Shown piece after piece: positions 32,101 to 39,637 of a DNA stretch of 64,000 nt (its first letter is position 1; the number at the start of each line of letters is the position of its first letter). Under the pieces are notes generated by a model. That model made no database searches, was not told the DNA's origin, and was given only the letters and a program-made list of their open reading frames with translations. A program made the translations under genes and the position numbers. The DNA comes from Trypanosoma brucei (lineage: Eukaryota), in contig CP000071.1 in NCBI GenBank assembly GCA_000002445.1, forward strand, positions 1,696,001-1,760,000, given 5' to 3'.

Positions 32101-32797
32101 GTTAGAAATTAATACAAACAACATGGAGCTTTATCGACCCGGAGCAACGAAGGTGCTTATTCTTGGTTTCCACGGCATCAACAGGTATGAATTCTACACT
32201 CGTCAGAAAGTTGGAAGCAGTGAAGTGGGTTATGTGATGACCCTCCATCAAGTGCACCCGTGGACAGGTAATCCTGGTTTGCAGGATTTCCAGGAATTAA
32301 TTCAACTCGTCCGATCCTTCAAGGCGACGAAGAAGACCAAACCATTCCAGCGCTTCGGCGAGATTGATGACATGTGGAACGCACCTGAAGGCTCGATGCC
32401 GATGACACCACCGGGGGCGGATAACAGAGCCCCAACCAGCACAGCTGTTGTAGAGGAGGAAGGGGAGAGAGGAGGCGTCGATGCGGATATCGCCATCTCT
32501 AGTTCCAGTGTAACTGGGCTTGTAGCCACTTCATTGTCTGATATGAGTTCAAGAAAAGGCAAGAAAGCTGTGGACAAGCGCTATATGAAACCGCTGCGCA
32601 ATGTGCAGTTTGCCCCTCAGTTACGCTTCGGTGGTGCAGTTGCTGTGAACGTTGATGTAATCCTCAATTGGTTTGGTATAACTAAGAATATGCTCCCTCA
32701 TATAATCCACACCAAAGCTTGTGATGTATTGGAGGGCGTTCTTTGCTTTCTTGAGGGAGTTGCTGCGGGCCGCACCAGAAAAATTAAAGAATCCTAG
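20183..32797 (+). CDS. giant protein (4,204 aa), BLTP1 / KIAA1109 / Tweek / Csf1-like bridge-like lipid-transfer protein candidate
   Basis: It is a single uninterrupted 12.6 kb ORF. I trimmed the GTG start at 20123 to the ATG at 20183 (MEPGPESTGF...). An N-terminal transmembrane helix (FLQFLFATLFLFVCVMVLIMY) is followed by FFYQDENMTLRVTDGYISFVFW, which closely resembles the conserved BLTP1/Csf1 N-terminal motif as I recall it from human KIAA1109 (YYITEDMSIRIQDGFIIFRWW). A polypyrimidine tract lies at 19937-19964. Confidence 0.8.
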   Translation: MEPGPESTGFDTSKFLQFLFATLFLFVCVMVLIMYQHKLLSFAVQTVLRYCFLPSTSRVHLGGLLLSPPGCRIFFQNFFYQDENMTLRVTDGYISFVFWDSWFGDPSWAKVRDFMMKDDLKGTQCLAKVKTKWVRGVIVDVERSKRKLLVRLESGEPVNRESDPAPLVDDERFNNLDWGSELHEMADVDGASNSVVGHNGDENTSHRSSYNLEHSRESHRTVPTRQREVNVSCASIPSTSARMFYAPDCRNSDANSKGGGGDGNYSSVTAVHVEPEVGINGEPPESVKLLDMSLVRIQKKCGRVRVHLNGMELTFYNATGNYRKSETVERSEQERKPRHNDSVFKSLWGIFRPLCKSENDSTAPRDPMEGREQRQHEGLESEEEMSSRVEDTGVEDVFDGARTRATVEQHRRKNTKSIMQRFYDFVGAVEVELFTSYVNIGGAAAEHPYFLRVGFKRADGLSYLAQEGVPSVDICRLVTEATLEELCVRWFPMKSTEEQHEPRSVWDKWRDSFLLYCEGVPPEQKPEPLLDEPAVLIKDYGTIIGDKEESSAHLVYYRDFPNVYAGEEVSCQSDLPKSGIELLIDTPDLCHGPWSNFSIMQLKEYFVPNTYQSVESLKFELGKKRPHGCFEIYIELLRETSLIIPFKRKTIAPTPPFGLCDSGRKGMVAVTLGRGSSYVQKLKNPLPHEEKQCMESLLTGLDVLVATNAIQEESAVCMSMDKIELFVDKLSDKPYNGRKLWNILPVMENAEVWWHMDYISFFGDLCLDWLFVPHMYHGKPFTTEEYNTYKLFVEEFIPTVRRFECIFAGTFKIHLNGNMHNAIYSENINDKAANVFLTLSTKTGGYMFVTVPSDSYLLSSVTEVRRPFEISVSGIELFLSVPHSHPLHELVDISSPFGCVDKLFVKGMHTVNVPNQTVPQDMDPIDPETGQSKLRNYLDYEFDITGVRGHLMAPHIATFTELFENLFGGSSCVVRPDELFWPLSKIHPKINTPKNVRSAFHTYLQKDQPPTNSLDFNTTVKFTDIDVTLRTGEAKSPQVNLRFSTLDITVMRQASVTDIGLTISPIYGRLPAPLTGDLADSTFLCCGDVSLGIVRHFGLPPLRTLFYSASECVVDGISFYMTVEQVALLTELFTTLRKQFFKSDEGLLAEIEKARTVAAYSADNCVLTTPAQGGRRRVPTSGRPPACFRRVRTSSLLPRPRGEENARCKAARLTLIRFLTHGGPFLKIPFSELVPAVVASGFQEFLEQLDEAEDSAKDYAIHTILVSIPSVQGCVAVGPDNYFEVKFPSGVQLVSTTKNDLNSNVRTTAALRGIELCGYCRSSNHNIKDETSPFAEVFRLETSLHVQRSVAYPFDKGLEIHRKKQRHFVFEHDTDRFFTSALAHVRRPCMRDESLQDSKGGADDPHLSFFLKGEEEEGDERELRSAGVLHKLPVYNQDGKNGGDSVEDCKNEDGPTEATHHQGCEGTAAPPQQLKCSGREAEQSAGNVSTLTNTRMGIPAGGSSLVESDESDGTSFNKSETNAFATCVSQTDELLSYSDEDDMMKELCESDDVFERGICSTSHTPDDEFSRRVDHLPDECNDLITNSLDCVSSVSASPRASEGNTTLSRKLITSTHFLRRFSFDRPDSQKDTPDGCDNTAHNKRVIARDRTHFRAPMPTVGFVPSKRPPTTPTLRMLQRTVDACNGNVGGEGESAFWSAEGAGMWAKRTADNRKRSQEGTTSKQMHVEFLAPLNCLVAQDFVEKLLFDANTRLQSVFATHNLYSSLDGGETADTAAAPMLPVRHMRQTSGLKGMRNLIKSSSTPAEKEMKNLFARKQPSRNRAHQKRWYSEVDIWSVCIPSTRISVVTDFPLPSDNVVHDARARGVYSTQLCARSAQVVMQQTHPPPRATRQDETKTFSLSTTCSSLAVITQIEHEPLLRSDNPFVRVPGIDYDRKDTLAVLYFTSIRGRMRHQNTQGIQNGIYHLSVDTIALHAARDFFFYLHSTLALWERLNGAWCAQEYPRWYRGRPSPETWSSHNDDNEAREGSHGAPGSSVAHFEHLHSAVPTTRNYGIEGSRVFQGVGSIRVVRLELLDVSRDGHYLRVDTRCPNVVEISRLQAKFVVRVPMKRAHDPLSVPSRPLVRQNSSVTLSSSEVCSGFVPSQEWKRRPPQLSTVQIQFIGEVEHAVARCFPSLLHIMGAVKGSEWVADSPIEIISESKCSKTPNDEGGSPEVDCGFSSQPRADAANDCNQVTFRGSFALGNIDVCMIQSEMNFLQIKGTGLAGFGEARAEAINSRECVKTHVLTEAFSERIKRQLRAWADRARTAAPKGHYPTPPSVTPQLRMKNSGFFAAETMRLQYVADVVAPCTDGFEVIDYEEVSEKTHRQDPRVFVASTKQLRVDMHHAEQEGPRGSAEGCKTDPPDTSWVADSSEKGEQVNVQVDIGSAVLSLPYRPKASEIVQPQLQQWVHEWLGPSVLQTMYTSQTVLAGGYHLGVRPQSKIYACCCSLRVRDALLQSDLPQNMTSNLTIPLASLFLNASSEGRLALKGHLHPTKLSSSSPTSGRHTMSLPNIFVFYNSDRLRRSGMCLTETVEVTVSPIIVSHLLFIFNRASTVRSTLTKIFKPGEAEQVDPQQKVGNLNLQDNQRRKSNFLLLVEGLRISYLTSMTNMRFSAWRLKGRMYTTEDDDLCRSHMTLKVANVQVALVDRDDYDQLQTFLHQSEYLQKRAESSSGRSSKEKLMSSSLPNSLDQERKRSISTLNGFIWGLFETSLTLSTGRSDTNELHSALKSIAATAPVRTSVSLRSLGNVGNTATRWNVAIFSPLLIARVGLAQLLQQSIDEAKELADKMHRAARRESRKYHRQLAKSAVYQRLTRLERRESQQMLSTQRQQVERLIALTNNVIPGQSGASQRRASIALSVEPSCEDVVEGSIFQTTSDHKFFVTMTNFLAVVPFGDAPYRTILEGTTDASHRGCPSDVLLNRKDFVPTMAMKVKVEGTTVVCRALMSQQRVPLLPTKSVGALRSDGIGAFLGATDSSTGTRQIFTSKFMLSDAHFYCSDGSPLERGTSAKSVLSSTHVFGGIGTLTSPGKGEYRNSLSKVSFNSIEIPLHINRCGRSVSIGSVMDMSAPQISVSTQTASILSQFTNEMSTKSLSSVFRHREGGADAKTKSAEVIAEPSGIHTASGGPERYRRERGRRTHHTDPECPVTSVLQQAELTPILYNFDVTARLEAGEMYVYSIQRGTATNTNASSQQLGSTVNKVNRTSKRQVKFKPIAPGGEAEFPGSPRVPSGLAAKKLMSVLLKIPLPEVTAMVMGSYGGSMADEERLIARVEIRENTIEIDPSIISLAHEIEEWEVIQARDSAEHVANTLKLVKGWERDEEIKHLARYSTVADVALPLPRAFLSVLSNAELQSKKAVAHQNLGRLGNSHQPKTTSPPSLQDQEKRLQHGHEDAPTNHSDGKRKLLSVQIRVTEFRLVLTTEPASNISFTLSLDDRVGSVDFFIKRIQTPSTTWIEDVPVYSPPVVLLLLCVRRLRVECQAKMEVKSVEMYLQEVEAQAALQQHDNALVLTNVYVHLPRDASSSGKMELTVRAPYVSQMFIFQALWQRSLLESLASINRIFDRGAAIFREKMKANPYIRRRGVATKQAERSLVVAVTGSHGNVRVDLGSGNAHLVSVGSMSLALVIAQSSIDQAQKVCIDASVRSIMLRSEGVLSGVARVDTIYLKGFSLSNSGGSTKVVRSPAGRTFRYLLCAQKLHAVFKERQLRDLLEGQVGEIILNFMDSTGEGVATNVRLDVSLSRSNVVITPSTAPTFVRTFTDWCNIVAEQSAAAKMKLAKLGMETGHTSPEEDKGESGRLAEQEVGFHASGTRAGRGSSSREGRPPLHDNFNITPSFVAIPEEEEQGQDKVIKSKDGTCSSSNSDAESTSYIPFMGNKLTRIPCGSIEVVLDRSSILLGNASGGVDKAGCIIATFPHATLSFAECPSEEDTVVKRVLEINTNNMELYRPGATKVLILGFHGINRYEFYTRQKVGSSEVGYVMTLHQVHPWTGNPGLQDFQELIQLVRSFKATKKTKPFQRFGEIDDMWNAPEGSMPMTPPGADNRAPTSTAVVEEEGERGGVDADIAISSSSVTGLVATSLSDMSSRKGKKAVDKRYMKPLRNVQFAPQLRFGGAVAVNVDVILNWFGITKNMLPHIIHTKACDVLEGVLCFLEGVAAGRTRKIKES

Positions 32798-32944
32798 TTA
32801 TTGCTGACTGGCAGGGTACTCACTTATTCACCATCTCCCTCCATGGTCGGTAAACACGTGCCTTCAAAAAGAGTGTTTCCGGTTGCTGTATGTTGTAACG
32901 TTATTCGTTTTCGCTACTTATCTATTTTTTTCCGATCGATTTGT

Positions 32945-32963
32945 TATATATATATATATATAT
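32945..32963. repeat. (TA)9 microsatellite
   Basis: An alternating TA run lies about 150 nt after the stop codon of the giant gene. Confidence 0.8.
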
Positions 32964-33271
32964 TCTTATCGTATTTCTTCCCCTACCTCCCCCGCACGCA
33001 GGGTTTTTGCCTGCCTGCTCTGCGAAACCACCTTGAGTGGTGAGTGAAGTGTGAATTAACATATTTTTTATTTTGCATCTGATCGTTGGTGTTCAGTTAC
33101 TTGTTTCGCCGATGTACGTGGACGCTTCTCGAAGAGACGACGCCGCGTCGGGCTGATCGTAGTGCTCCTATTTAGTATTTCGCCCTTTCACTCCCATTTT
33201 ACGCCCGTTGCTCGTCCTGTTTGCACCCAATCCTATGGTCTCCTTTTGTTATTCCACCTTCATTTAGTACA

Positions 33272-34177
33272 ATGCTGAGGATTACGCTCCTAGTAGTTGG
33301 TAGGGCGCCACCAGTTATTGGATGCACGCGCAAGGCCCGTTACGCTGGTATTGACGACAACCCCACAATTACCTACAAGCCGTGGGACACGACGGAGCCC
33401 CTCATGGCGGATTACGGCTGGACAAGAGGGAAGTTGCCAAAGTTTCGCGCCCGCAGCCCTTTCCACCGGCAACAAATCGCCCGTCGCATGGTCACAGAAA
33501 TGATTCGAAAGGATTACTGCATTGTTGGAGGCGCACGTGCCCCAGCGCTGCGAATTTTAGCAGACCACGTGGTGGAACTCGCGAAGGCGGGCGACACGGA
33601 CTCGCGGCAGCAGCTTGCATATTTTCTGCATGACCCCCTGATGGTGGATAAGGCCTTTGATGAATACCCGCGTCGGTTCAAGGATATGAACGCGAAATAT
33701 GCCATGATGACGCGCCTCAAGAGTCGCCGCCGTACCGACGCAGTGGCCATGTATTTCGTCGAGTACAAGAACCGGGATATGAGTGACAATCACAAGGGCG
33801 AAGACTACAGCGCAGGACCGGAGCGTTTTTTCCTCCCACCACGTATTGTGGAAACGGAAAAGGGCATTCAGCGTCCACCGCACATGCAAATGGCATTTGA
33901 TCGTTGGGCAAGCAAATTCAAAACAGAAGAGTTTCACCATTGGTGGCGTCTCCGCCACGCGAAGCTGCGGTACTGGGGTGTGCGGAATGTGCCGCATCCA
34001 AGCGATGTTGATCCTCTATGGACAGAGAAGGAGGAAGAGGAATGGCATAACGAAATGCTTGCAAACACGGGGGAATATGAAGACTTGGATCTTGACGATG
34101 AAAGCTACACAGCGGCGGGTGAGGGTGGGGAGCCGTCCCCCGCCGGTGATGGTCCGCAGCCACAGCGAGTCGGATGA
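33272..34177 (+). CDS. hypothetical protein with an N-terminal mitochondrial-presequence-like region
   Basis: I trimmed the TTG start at 33221 to the ATG at 33272 (MLRITLLVVGRAPPVIGCTRKARYAG...), an amphipathic Arg-rich N-terminus. It has a Trp-rich C-terminal region and an acidic tail. No family is recognised. Confidence 0.5.
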   Translation: MLRITLLVVGRAPPVIGCTRKARYAGIDDNPTITYKPWDTTEPLMADYGWTRGKLPKFRARSPFHRQQIARRMVTEMIRKDYCIVGGARAPALRILADHVVELAKAGDTDSRQQLAYFLHDPLMVDKAFDEYPRRFKDMNAKYAMMTRLKSRRRTDAVAMYFVEYKNRDMSDNHKGEDYSAGPERFFLPPRIVETEKGIQRPPHMQMAFDRWASKFKTEEFHHWWRLRHAKLRYWGVRNVPHPSDVDPLWTEKEEEEWHNEMLANTGEYEDLDLDDESYTAAGEGGEPSPAGDGPQPQRVG

Positions 34178-34525
34178 AAAATGCAGTTGTTTGGAAAGCG
34201 TTTCATCTGATTGAGCCTGGCCGCGATGAAGAGCATCGGTAACTGAAGTGAATTGGGATTATGTGGAATCTTCTGCGCGTCGTAGACGATTTCTTACGTC
34301 TCTCTGCTATCGTTCTCTACATTTTCTTTTTTTGTTCGCGTACGCAACGTGCCTTCGTAACATCGTCTTCAACTTCCCTACTTGCGAAAGTGTGGACAAT
34401 GCCCTGTCTTTACTTCATTAGCTCTCTTTGTTTTAGTGTAGAGGCGGGAAAGGAGGAGAGAGTTTAAGTTTGTTGCCGGTGGAACCAGGTGAGTAGTAGT
34501 CATTTAGAGAAAAGGGTTTGCCGGA

Positions 34526-34546
34526 ATATATATATATATATATATA
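34526..34546. repeat. (AT)10 microsatellite
   Basis: A perfect alternating run lies in the spacer downstream of the 33272 gene. Confidence 0.85.
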
Positions 34547-36230
34547 AGCAAATTAGGCTCACAGTGGTAGAACTCCACTGCCGTTGAACAGGCGACAACG
34601 TTTGCCTGTTTTTTTGTAACCGCCTCTACAACTGGTGAGTGTCCCTCCCACTCCGACGGCCTGCATTTGATTGGGTAAACGCACCCAACGGTTATTGATA
34701 CGAAGAAGGAAACAAAGGCAAAAGCGAAGAGAAAATAAAGAAAAACGATGTCACCATGGAAAAAGGAGGAGGAAGTGTGCGGAAAACCTACACAATATAA
34801 TCTACAAACCTGTGAATACAATTGGCGGTCACTTCCAGATACGCACTTTACATTTGAGGCTCAGAATAGGCGCCGAAGACACATCGGTATTCTTCCCGGG
34901 TTGCAAGGAACTGAGAAATACGAGGCCCGAAAGATTCCGCCGATGGAATCACCACGCGCTGATCCATCACCCCCTGTATGGGACGCCAGACCACCAGCGC
35001 TGCCGCTGCAACCGTTATCACAACCCACTCTCAACATTCTTCCATGGTCACATGAGGGTTTACGCCAAATGATTATGGCAAACAATATGGAAGCGCAGCA
35101 CTCGTACCTGCGTGGAGTGTAGTGTAGTGGAAATTAGTAGGTGAAGAAGGGGGTCAATGATCCCCTACGTTAATGTATTGAAAATTGTCATGCTCAGAAG
35201 TACTATTACACAACTTTGACTATTTTTGGAAGACCGGAGCGGCTCCTCTATACACCTCTGGGGCAAGCGAGTGTGGTGCCGCCGGTGTGTTTCAAGTTTC
35301 TTTTTGTCGGTGTTTTGTTCTTTCTTCTTTTTCTTCTTTTTTCTTTTTTTGCTGCCGTTCACGTGGCAATCTTTTTAAATGTGGAGTATGTGGGGCTTAT
35401 GGAGTGGCCAGGGTGTACCACCTAAAGAAATTACGTAATCATCTACCTTAGAATAAACGACGGGAAGACGAGTGCTGTGGCATGCTTAAAAGCCTCGAGT
35501 TCGTTCTTCTGCGTTCAAACATACACATACTCTGCGTAATTACATGCCATGGAAGCAGCATGTGCCCTCAAGATGGTTTGGTGCTAGACCATGTGCTGTT
35601 GGATTTTGTTTTGGTTGTTATGTTTTTTTTCTTTTTCTTTTTCTTTTGCTCCTCTCCTCTCCTCTTCGCCTTCCGTTTTGTTTTTAATTTTTCGTCCCTT
35701 GTACGCGGCTGCACGCTCCTTTAGTTAACAGTTTTCGTGTTGTCTCCTTGAGGCGTTTTACACAGATATTTCGTTTTTGTTCGTTTGTAATCATCTTATT
35801 CTCGCTGGTGAGCAACTTCCCGTGCTTTCAACGTGCATGAGTTTTTTTTTGTTTTTTTTTTGTGTGTGTGGGGAGGGCCCTGTTTATGTGCAAAATAAAT
35901 AAGTATCATGAGGGGATCTTTCTCTTACATTTTGGATGACTGGCATAATAAACACACGCGTGGCGCAATTGTTGCCAGTTGGAAGGACCGTGAATAAAAT
36001 GTATTTTGCTTTTCTGTTGTCTTTTTTTTTCTTTTTTTTTAATCTCTTTTATACCTAACTTGACGCCAGTTGTTACGCCAAATCTGTAACACGGAAACAA
36101 AAGAAATGTGTTTGTATGCGGTTTGGGTTTTCTTTTTTTCTTCTTTTTCTCTTTTTTTGGAAAAAAAAATGAGGGACAAACTGTTCGGTGCAGGTAAGTT
36201 CAATAACCCTTTTGCTCGTGCAGTCACGTT

Positions 36231-36310
36231 GCCCTTCCCCTTTTTATTTTTACCTCCCTCAATTTCATTCATTTCTCTTCCGTTTGTTTCTTTTACGTCC
36301 CACTCACATT
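36231..36310 (+). promoter_or_regulatory. long polypyrimidine tract upstream of eIF1A
   Basis: gcccttcccctttttatttttacctccctcaatttcattcatttctcttccgtttgtttcttttacgtcc is followed by AG and lies about 100 nt before the ATG at 36407. Confidence 0.45.
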
Positions 36311-36406
36311 TATTGTTTCACAAAAGAGAAGGAAGGAAGAGTTCCAACTCACTTTTTTTTTACGCTTAACTTTTAATCCCCACAACTACTAAATAATCCC
36401 GCCAAG

Positions 36407-36925
36407 ATGCCCAAGAATATGGGAAAGGGCGGCAAGTCCTTTAAAGCCGGTAACGCGAAGGGAATCATGCAAAACCAAAAGCGTGAGATCGTTTTGGCTA
36501 ACCCTGACGAAAATGAGGAATATGCGCAGGTGAAGAAACCTCTCGGTAATCTTCGACTTGAGCTGCAGTTAGCCGACGGTAGCAAAGTTATTGGTGTCAT
36601 TCGAGGGGCGATGGTCCGCAAGGTTTGGATTGGTCAAGGTGATGTCGTGTTGGTTTCGAAGCGGGAGTTCAACGAAAATGATGTTGTTGATGTTATTCAC
36701 CGTTACACGCCGCAGGAGGTGCGAAAACTTGTTAAGAAGGAAATTATCCCTCGTGACTTCCGCTCAGCAGACGAGCGCGACGCCAACAACGCCCACTCCG
36801 ATTATGTGTTCGTGGCTGAGAATGACGAGGACGACGATGATGATGATGACGACGACGACGCCAAAGTCATCGACCGCCATAAGGTCGTCTTGGATGACCC
36901 GCTGGCAAACTTTGACGACCTCTGA
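36407..36925 (+). CDS. EIF1A: eukaryotic translation initiation factor 1A (eIF1A) with an extended poly-Asp C-terminal tail
   Basis: It has the S1/OB-fold core (REIVLANPDENEEYAQVKKPLGNLRLELQLADGSKVIGVIRGAMVRKVWIGQGDVVLV), a basic N-terminal tail and a D10 acidic tract. The ATG is at 36407 and a polypyrimidine tract lies at 36231-36310. Confidence 0.9.
   Translation: MPKNMGKGGKSFKAGNAKGIMQNQKREIVLANPDENEEYAQVKKPLGNLRLELQLADGSKVIGVIRGAMVRKVWIGQGDVVLVSKREFNENDVVDVIHRYTPQEVRKLVKKEIIPRDFRSADERDANNAHSDYVFVAENDEDDDDDDDDDDAKVIDRHKVVLDDPLANFDDL
36824..36859 (+). repeat. (GAC/GAT)n trinucleotide tract encoding the D10 acidic tract of eIF1A
   Basis: gacgaggacgacgatgatgatgatgacgacgacgac lies within the eIF1A CDS. 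Confidence 0.9.
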
Positions 36926-38008
36926 CAACCGTGGGGAAGGAGGGGAAGAAAAGAAAAAGAAAAAAAAGAAGTAATAAAAACAACAACAACAAAAAAAAAA
37001 AAGAAAAGAGAAATGTGACTATTTGTGAGCTCCCTCCCTCTCTCTCGGGCGATGACGGTGCCATCAGTTAGGCGCGCTATACAAGAGTGCATATTTTGAG
37101 CTTCTCACTACTTGCTCACACTATACGACTTCACTTCAGCAAACTGCTTCTCACATCTCCCTCTTTTTTTTTATTTCTTTCAAACCTCGCCATTCGGCGC
37201 CACTCCAATATGTGGGTAGTTTTCAGCATAGGTTTTTTTGTTAACCGTAAAATAGATTAAACAAGGGAAGGTGTGGAATAAAAGATGCAAGTGCGAATGG
37301 AGGAGAGGGGATGAAGTTCGATACATGTGGATATCAGACGCTTGAAGAGTAAGTGGACCGTAACTAAGCAACGACAGTAGTTAAAAGTAGCTAATCAAGT
37401 ATCCCCAAATACTGCAAAATAAAAATAGTAATAATAATAATAATGTGTGCTCCGCTGTGTTTACATGTTAGAAGTGTATGAAGTCGAGATGCGCTGGTAT
37501 GTGACATTCATCTATCGATGGTAGCATTTGCCTTTCACGTACATTATCACAAACTTCCCCCTGTTAATTACCTTTCGTTGTTTTTGTTTTTGTTTTTTTT
37601 TTGTTTTTCTCCTGCGCATGACTGTATTACCTCATGTAACCACGCTGGTTCTTCTCATGTCGTTGTTATGTTGGTCGTAAGTCTTCGATGATGATGATGT
37701 CAAATGTCTTTGGTACACAAACACGCAGGGAACCGCAACGCTCTGTTGGGCAATTCCATGTTACAGACAGTGGAAATGCTAAGTCGCCACAGTCACTCAC
37801 TTTGAGTTTTTAGTCACCGCTATTGAAACTACATGATATTTCGCAAAAAGAACGAGTGTAGCACGTGCCTTCATTTCCCATGGAGATAGGAGTCGGACAT
37901 TCCACTCAATGAGGGCCTTGAAGGGTTAGGGTTATGGGAGCGTTAAGGCTTGTTTTTGAAATATTATTAACCTGTCACGCACTACTGAGCCAGCGTGTGC
38001 ACTCGCAT

Positions 38009-38011
<3 letters not shown>

Positions 38012-38045
<34 letters not shown>
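38012..38045. repeat. (TA)17 dinucleotide microsatellite
   Basis: A perfect alternating TA run of about 34 bp lies about 250 nt upstream of the ASF1 ATG. Confidence 0.9.
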
Positions 38046-38048
<3 letters not shown>

Positions 38049-38297
38049 TTATTTGTTCAGCCCTAGTTACTTGTCGTCCACATGCTTTCCCTCCCCATCC
38101 TACCCAAGAGCAGCTAACTGCCGTGGGTGGAATTGGTGAGTACCGTCAAACTGTTTGGTGTAATATTTCGTCTACATACCTGAGTATCCACGCTCTCCTT
38201 TTTTTTTTTTTGGTTGCGCTCTCACGACAATGCAAATACGCATCAAAAATAATAATAATAACGTGACAGACAATACCGGTACTGTTTCGCTAACGCG

Positions 38298-38972
38298 ATG
38301 ACCACAGCCGGTCAGTCTGATGCATTTACACGAGTATCATTACATAGTGTAACCGCGCTCGGTAAGTGCCCTGCGCCATTTAGTGACCCAATCGCCGTGA
38401 AGGTCGTGCTCGAGGTATTTGGCTGCCCACCAAAGCACTCGATAGATGTAAAATTCACGTGGAAGCCAATATGGGACTTTCCAGTGGATCAAGTGCTTGA
38501 TGAATTTGAGGTTGGCCCACTCGCCACTGTTGGAAAGCACGAATTAGTGTTACACAGTGATCCTCCGGATGTTGCGAAAATACCGGATCCCACAGGGCCC
38601 ACGGCACTCACAATCGCTTTTACCTATAGGGGAAAACAATTCCTGCACATTGGTTACAACGCGGTTGTACTTTGTGAAGGAGAAATGCCTGATGTGTTTG
38701 AGGATGCGGCGATGTTGAGCCGACAGCTGACGCAATGCTTCAAAAAGGAGACCACCATCGCGTGGGATGAGGACCACGAAGATGTGGAGGAGAAAACAGT
38801 TATTAACGGTAAAGATAATGATATTAGCGATGTTAAGGAAAAAGATCACAATGGCCACGCGGCATATGATGACGAAGCCAAGGTACCCGAAGGGGTTTCC
38901 CCAACGAAAAAAAAAGCTAGGTGTGAAGGGAGCCTGTCACAAGAAGGAGAGAAAGAAAAGCACCACCGTTAA
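38298..38972 (+). CDS. ASF1: ASF1 anti-silencing function 1 histone H3/H4 chaperone, with an acidic/charged C-terminal tail
   Basis: It has the conserved ASF1 Ig-like core (PFSDPIAVKVVLEVFGCP...FTWKPIWDFPVDQVLDEFEVGPL...HELVLHSDPPDVAKIP...TIAFTYRGKQFLHIGYNAVV). Confidence 0.85.
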   Translation: MTTAGQSDAFTRVSLHSVTALGKCPAPFSDPIAVKVVLEVFGCPPKHSIDVKFTWKPIWDFPVDQVLDEFEVGPLATVGKHELVLHSDPPDVAKIPDPTGPTALTIAFTYRGKQFLHIGYNAVVLCEGEMPDVFEDAAMLSRQLTQCFKKETTIAWDEDHEDVEEKTVINGKDNDISDVKEKDHNGHAAYDDEAKVPEGVSPTKKKARCEGSLSQEGEKEKHHR

Positions 38973-39241
38973 ATCGTTGTTTTGAAACAATGCAATGTTC
39001 TGGTTCTTTTCTTTTGTTTTTTTTTTTAAAATTCTGTCCGAGTGCTGGTCGTTGAGTATTTGTTTTCCTGGGGTTGGGCGTGAGAGTTTCAAGTAGATAG
39101 CGCCGCTAATGTTGGATGTTTTTCTTTTTTTTTCCCCCTCCATCTTTTCCTTTCGCCTTTTATCACTAAACCCCACCCCCCCCCCTCCCTGCACACGTTC
39201 GGTGGAAACGACGTTTCTTTCGACGAAGAGAGCCCTCGACG

Positions 39242-39637
39242 ATGTTGATGGTTGTCGGACCTGATGATTCCACATTGTTTGAGTGCGAAAAATTTAGTGA
39301 TAACGATAGCGTGAATATGTCACACCAACTGACTCTTTATGCCTCAATGGACCTTCTCGACGATGCCTTGTGGAAAACAGGCGACTTTTTTCTTCCCTCC
39401 ATCGACAAACCGCTGGATGGAAAGTACTCCGTTTCCGCATATGTTGGCTTTGCGCCGATTAAACTGCTGCTCATGAAAGAACACGAGTCCGACAAGGAGA
39501 CACGACTATTCCTTAGCGAAGCCTACGGATTGTGTGTGCGATATCTGATGAATCCCTTTTCATCCCTCAAGACACCTGTCCGTGCAGTTCTTGCGGAGAA
39601 CCTTAGACGTTTATACCAACGCTTCTCCCCCTGTTAG
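39242..39637 (+). CDS. TRAPP complex subunit 2 (sedlin/Trs20-like longin-fold protein)
   Basis: It is 131 aa. LYASMDLLDDALWKTGDFFLPSIDKPLDGKYSVSAYVGFAPIKLLLMKEHE and YGLCVRYLMNPFSSLKTPVRAVLAENLRRL resemble sedlin blocks (AALDLVDENMW...[50 protein letters not shown]). Confidence 0.7.
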   Translation: MLMVVGPDDSTLFECEKFSDNDSVNMSHQLTLYASMDLLDDALWKTGDFFLPSIDKPLDGKYSVSAYVGFAPIKLLLMKEHESDKETRLFLSEAYGLCVRYLMNPFSSLKTPVRAVLAENLRRLYQRFSPC

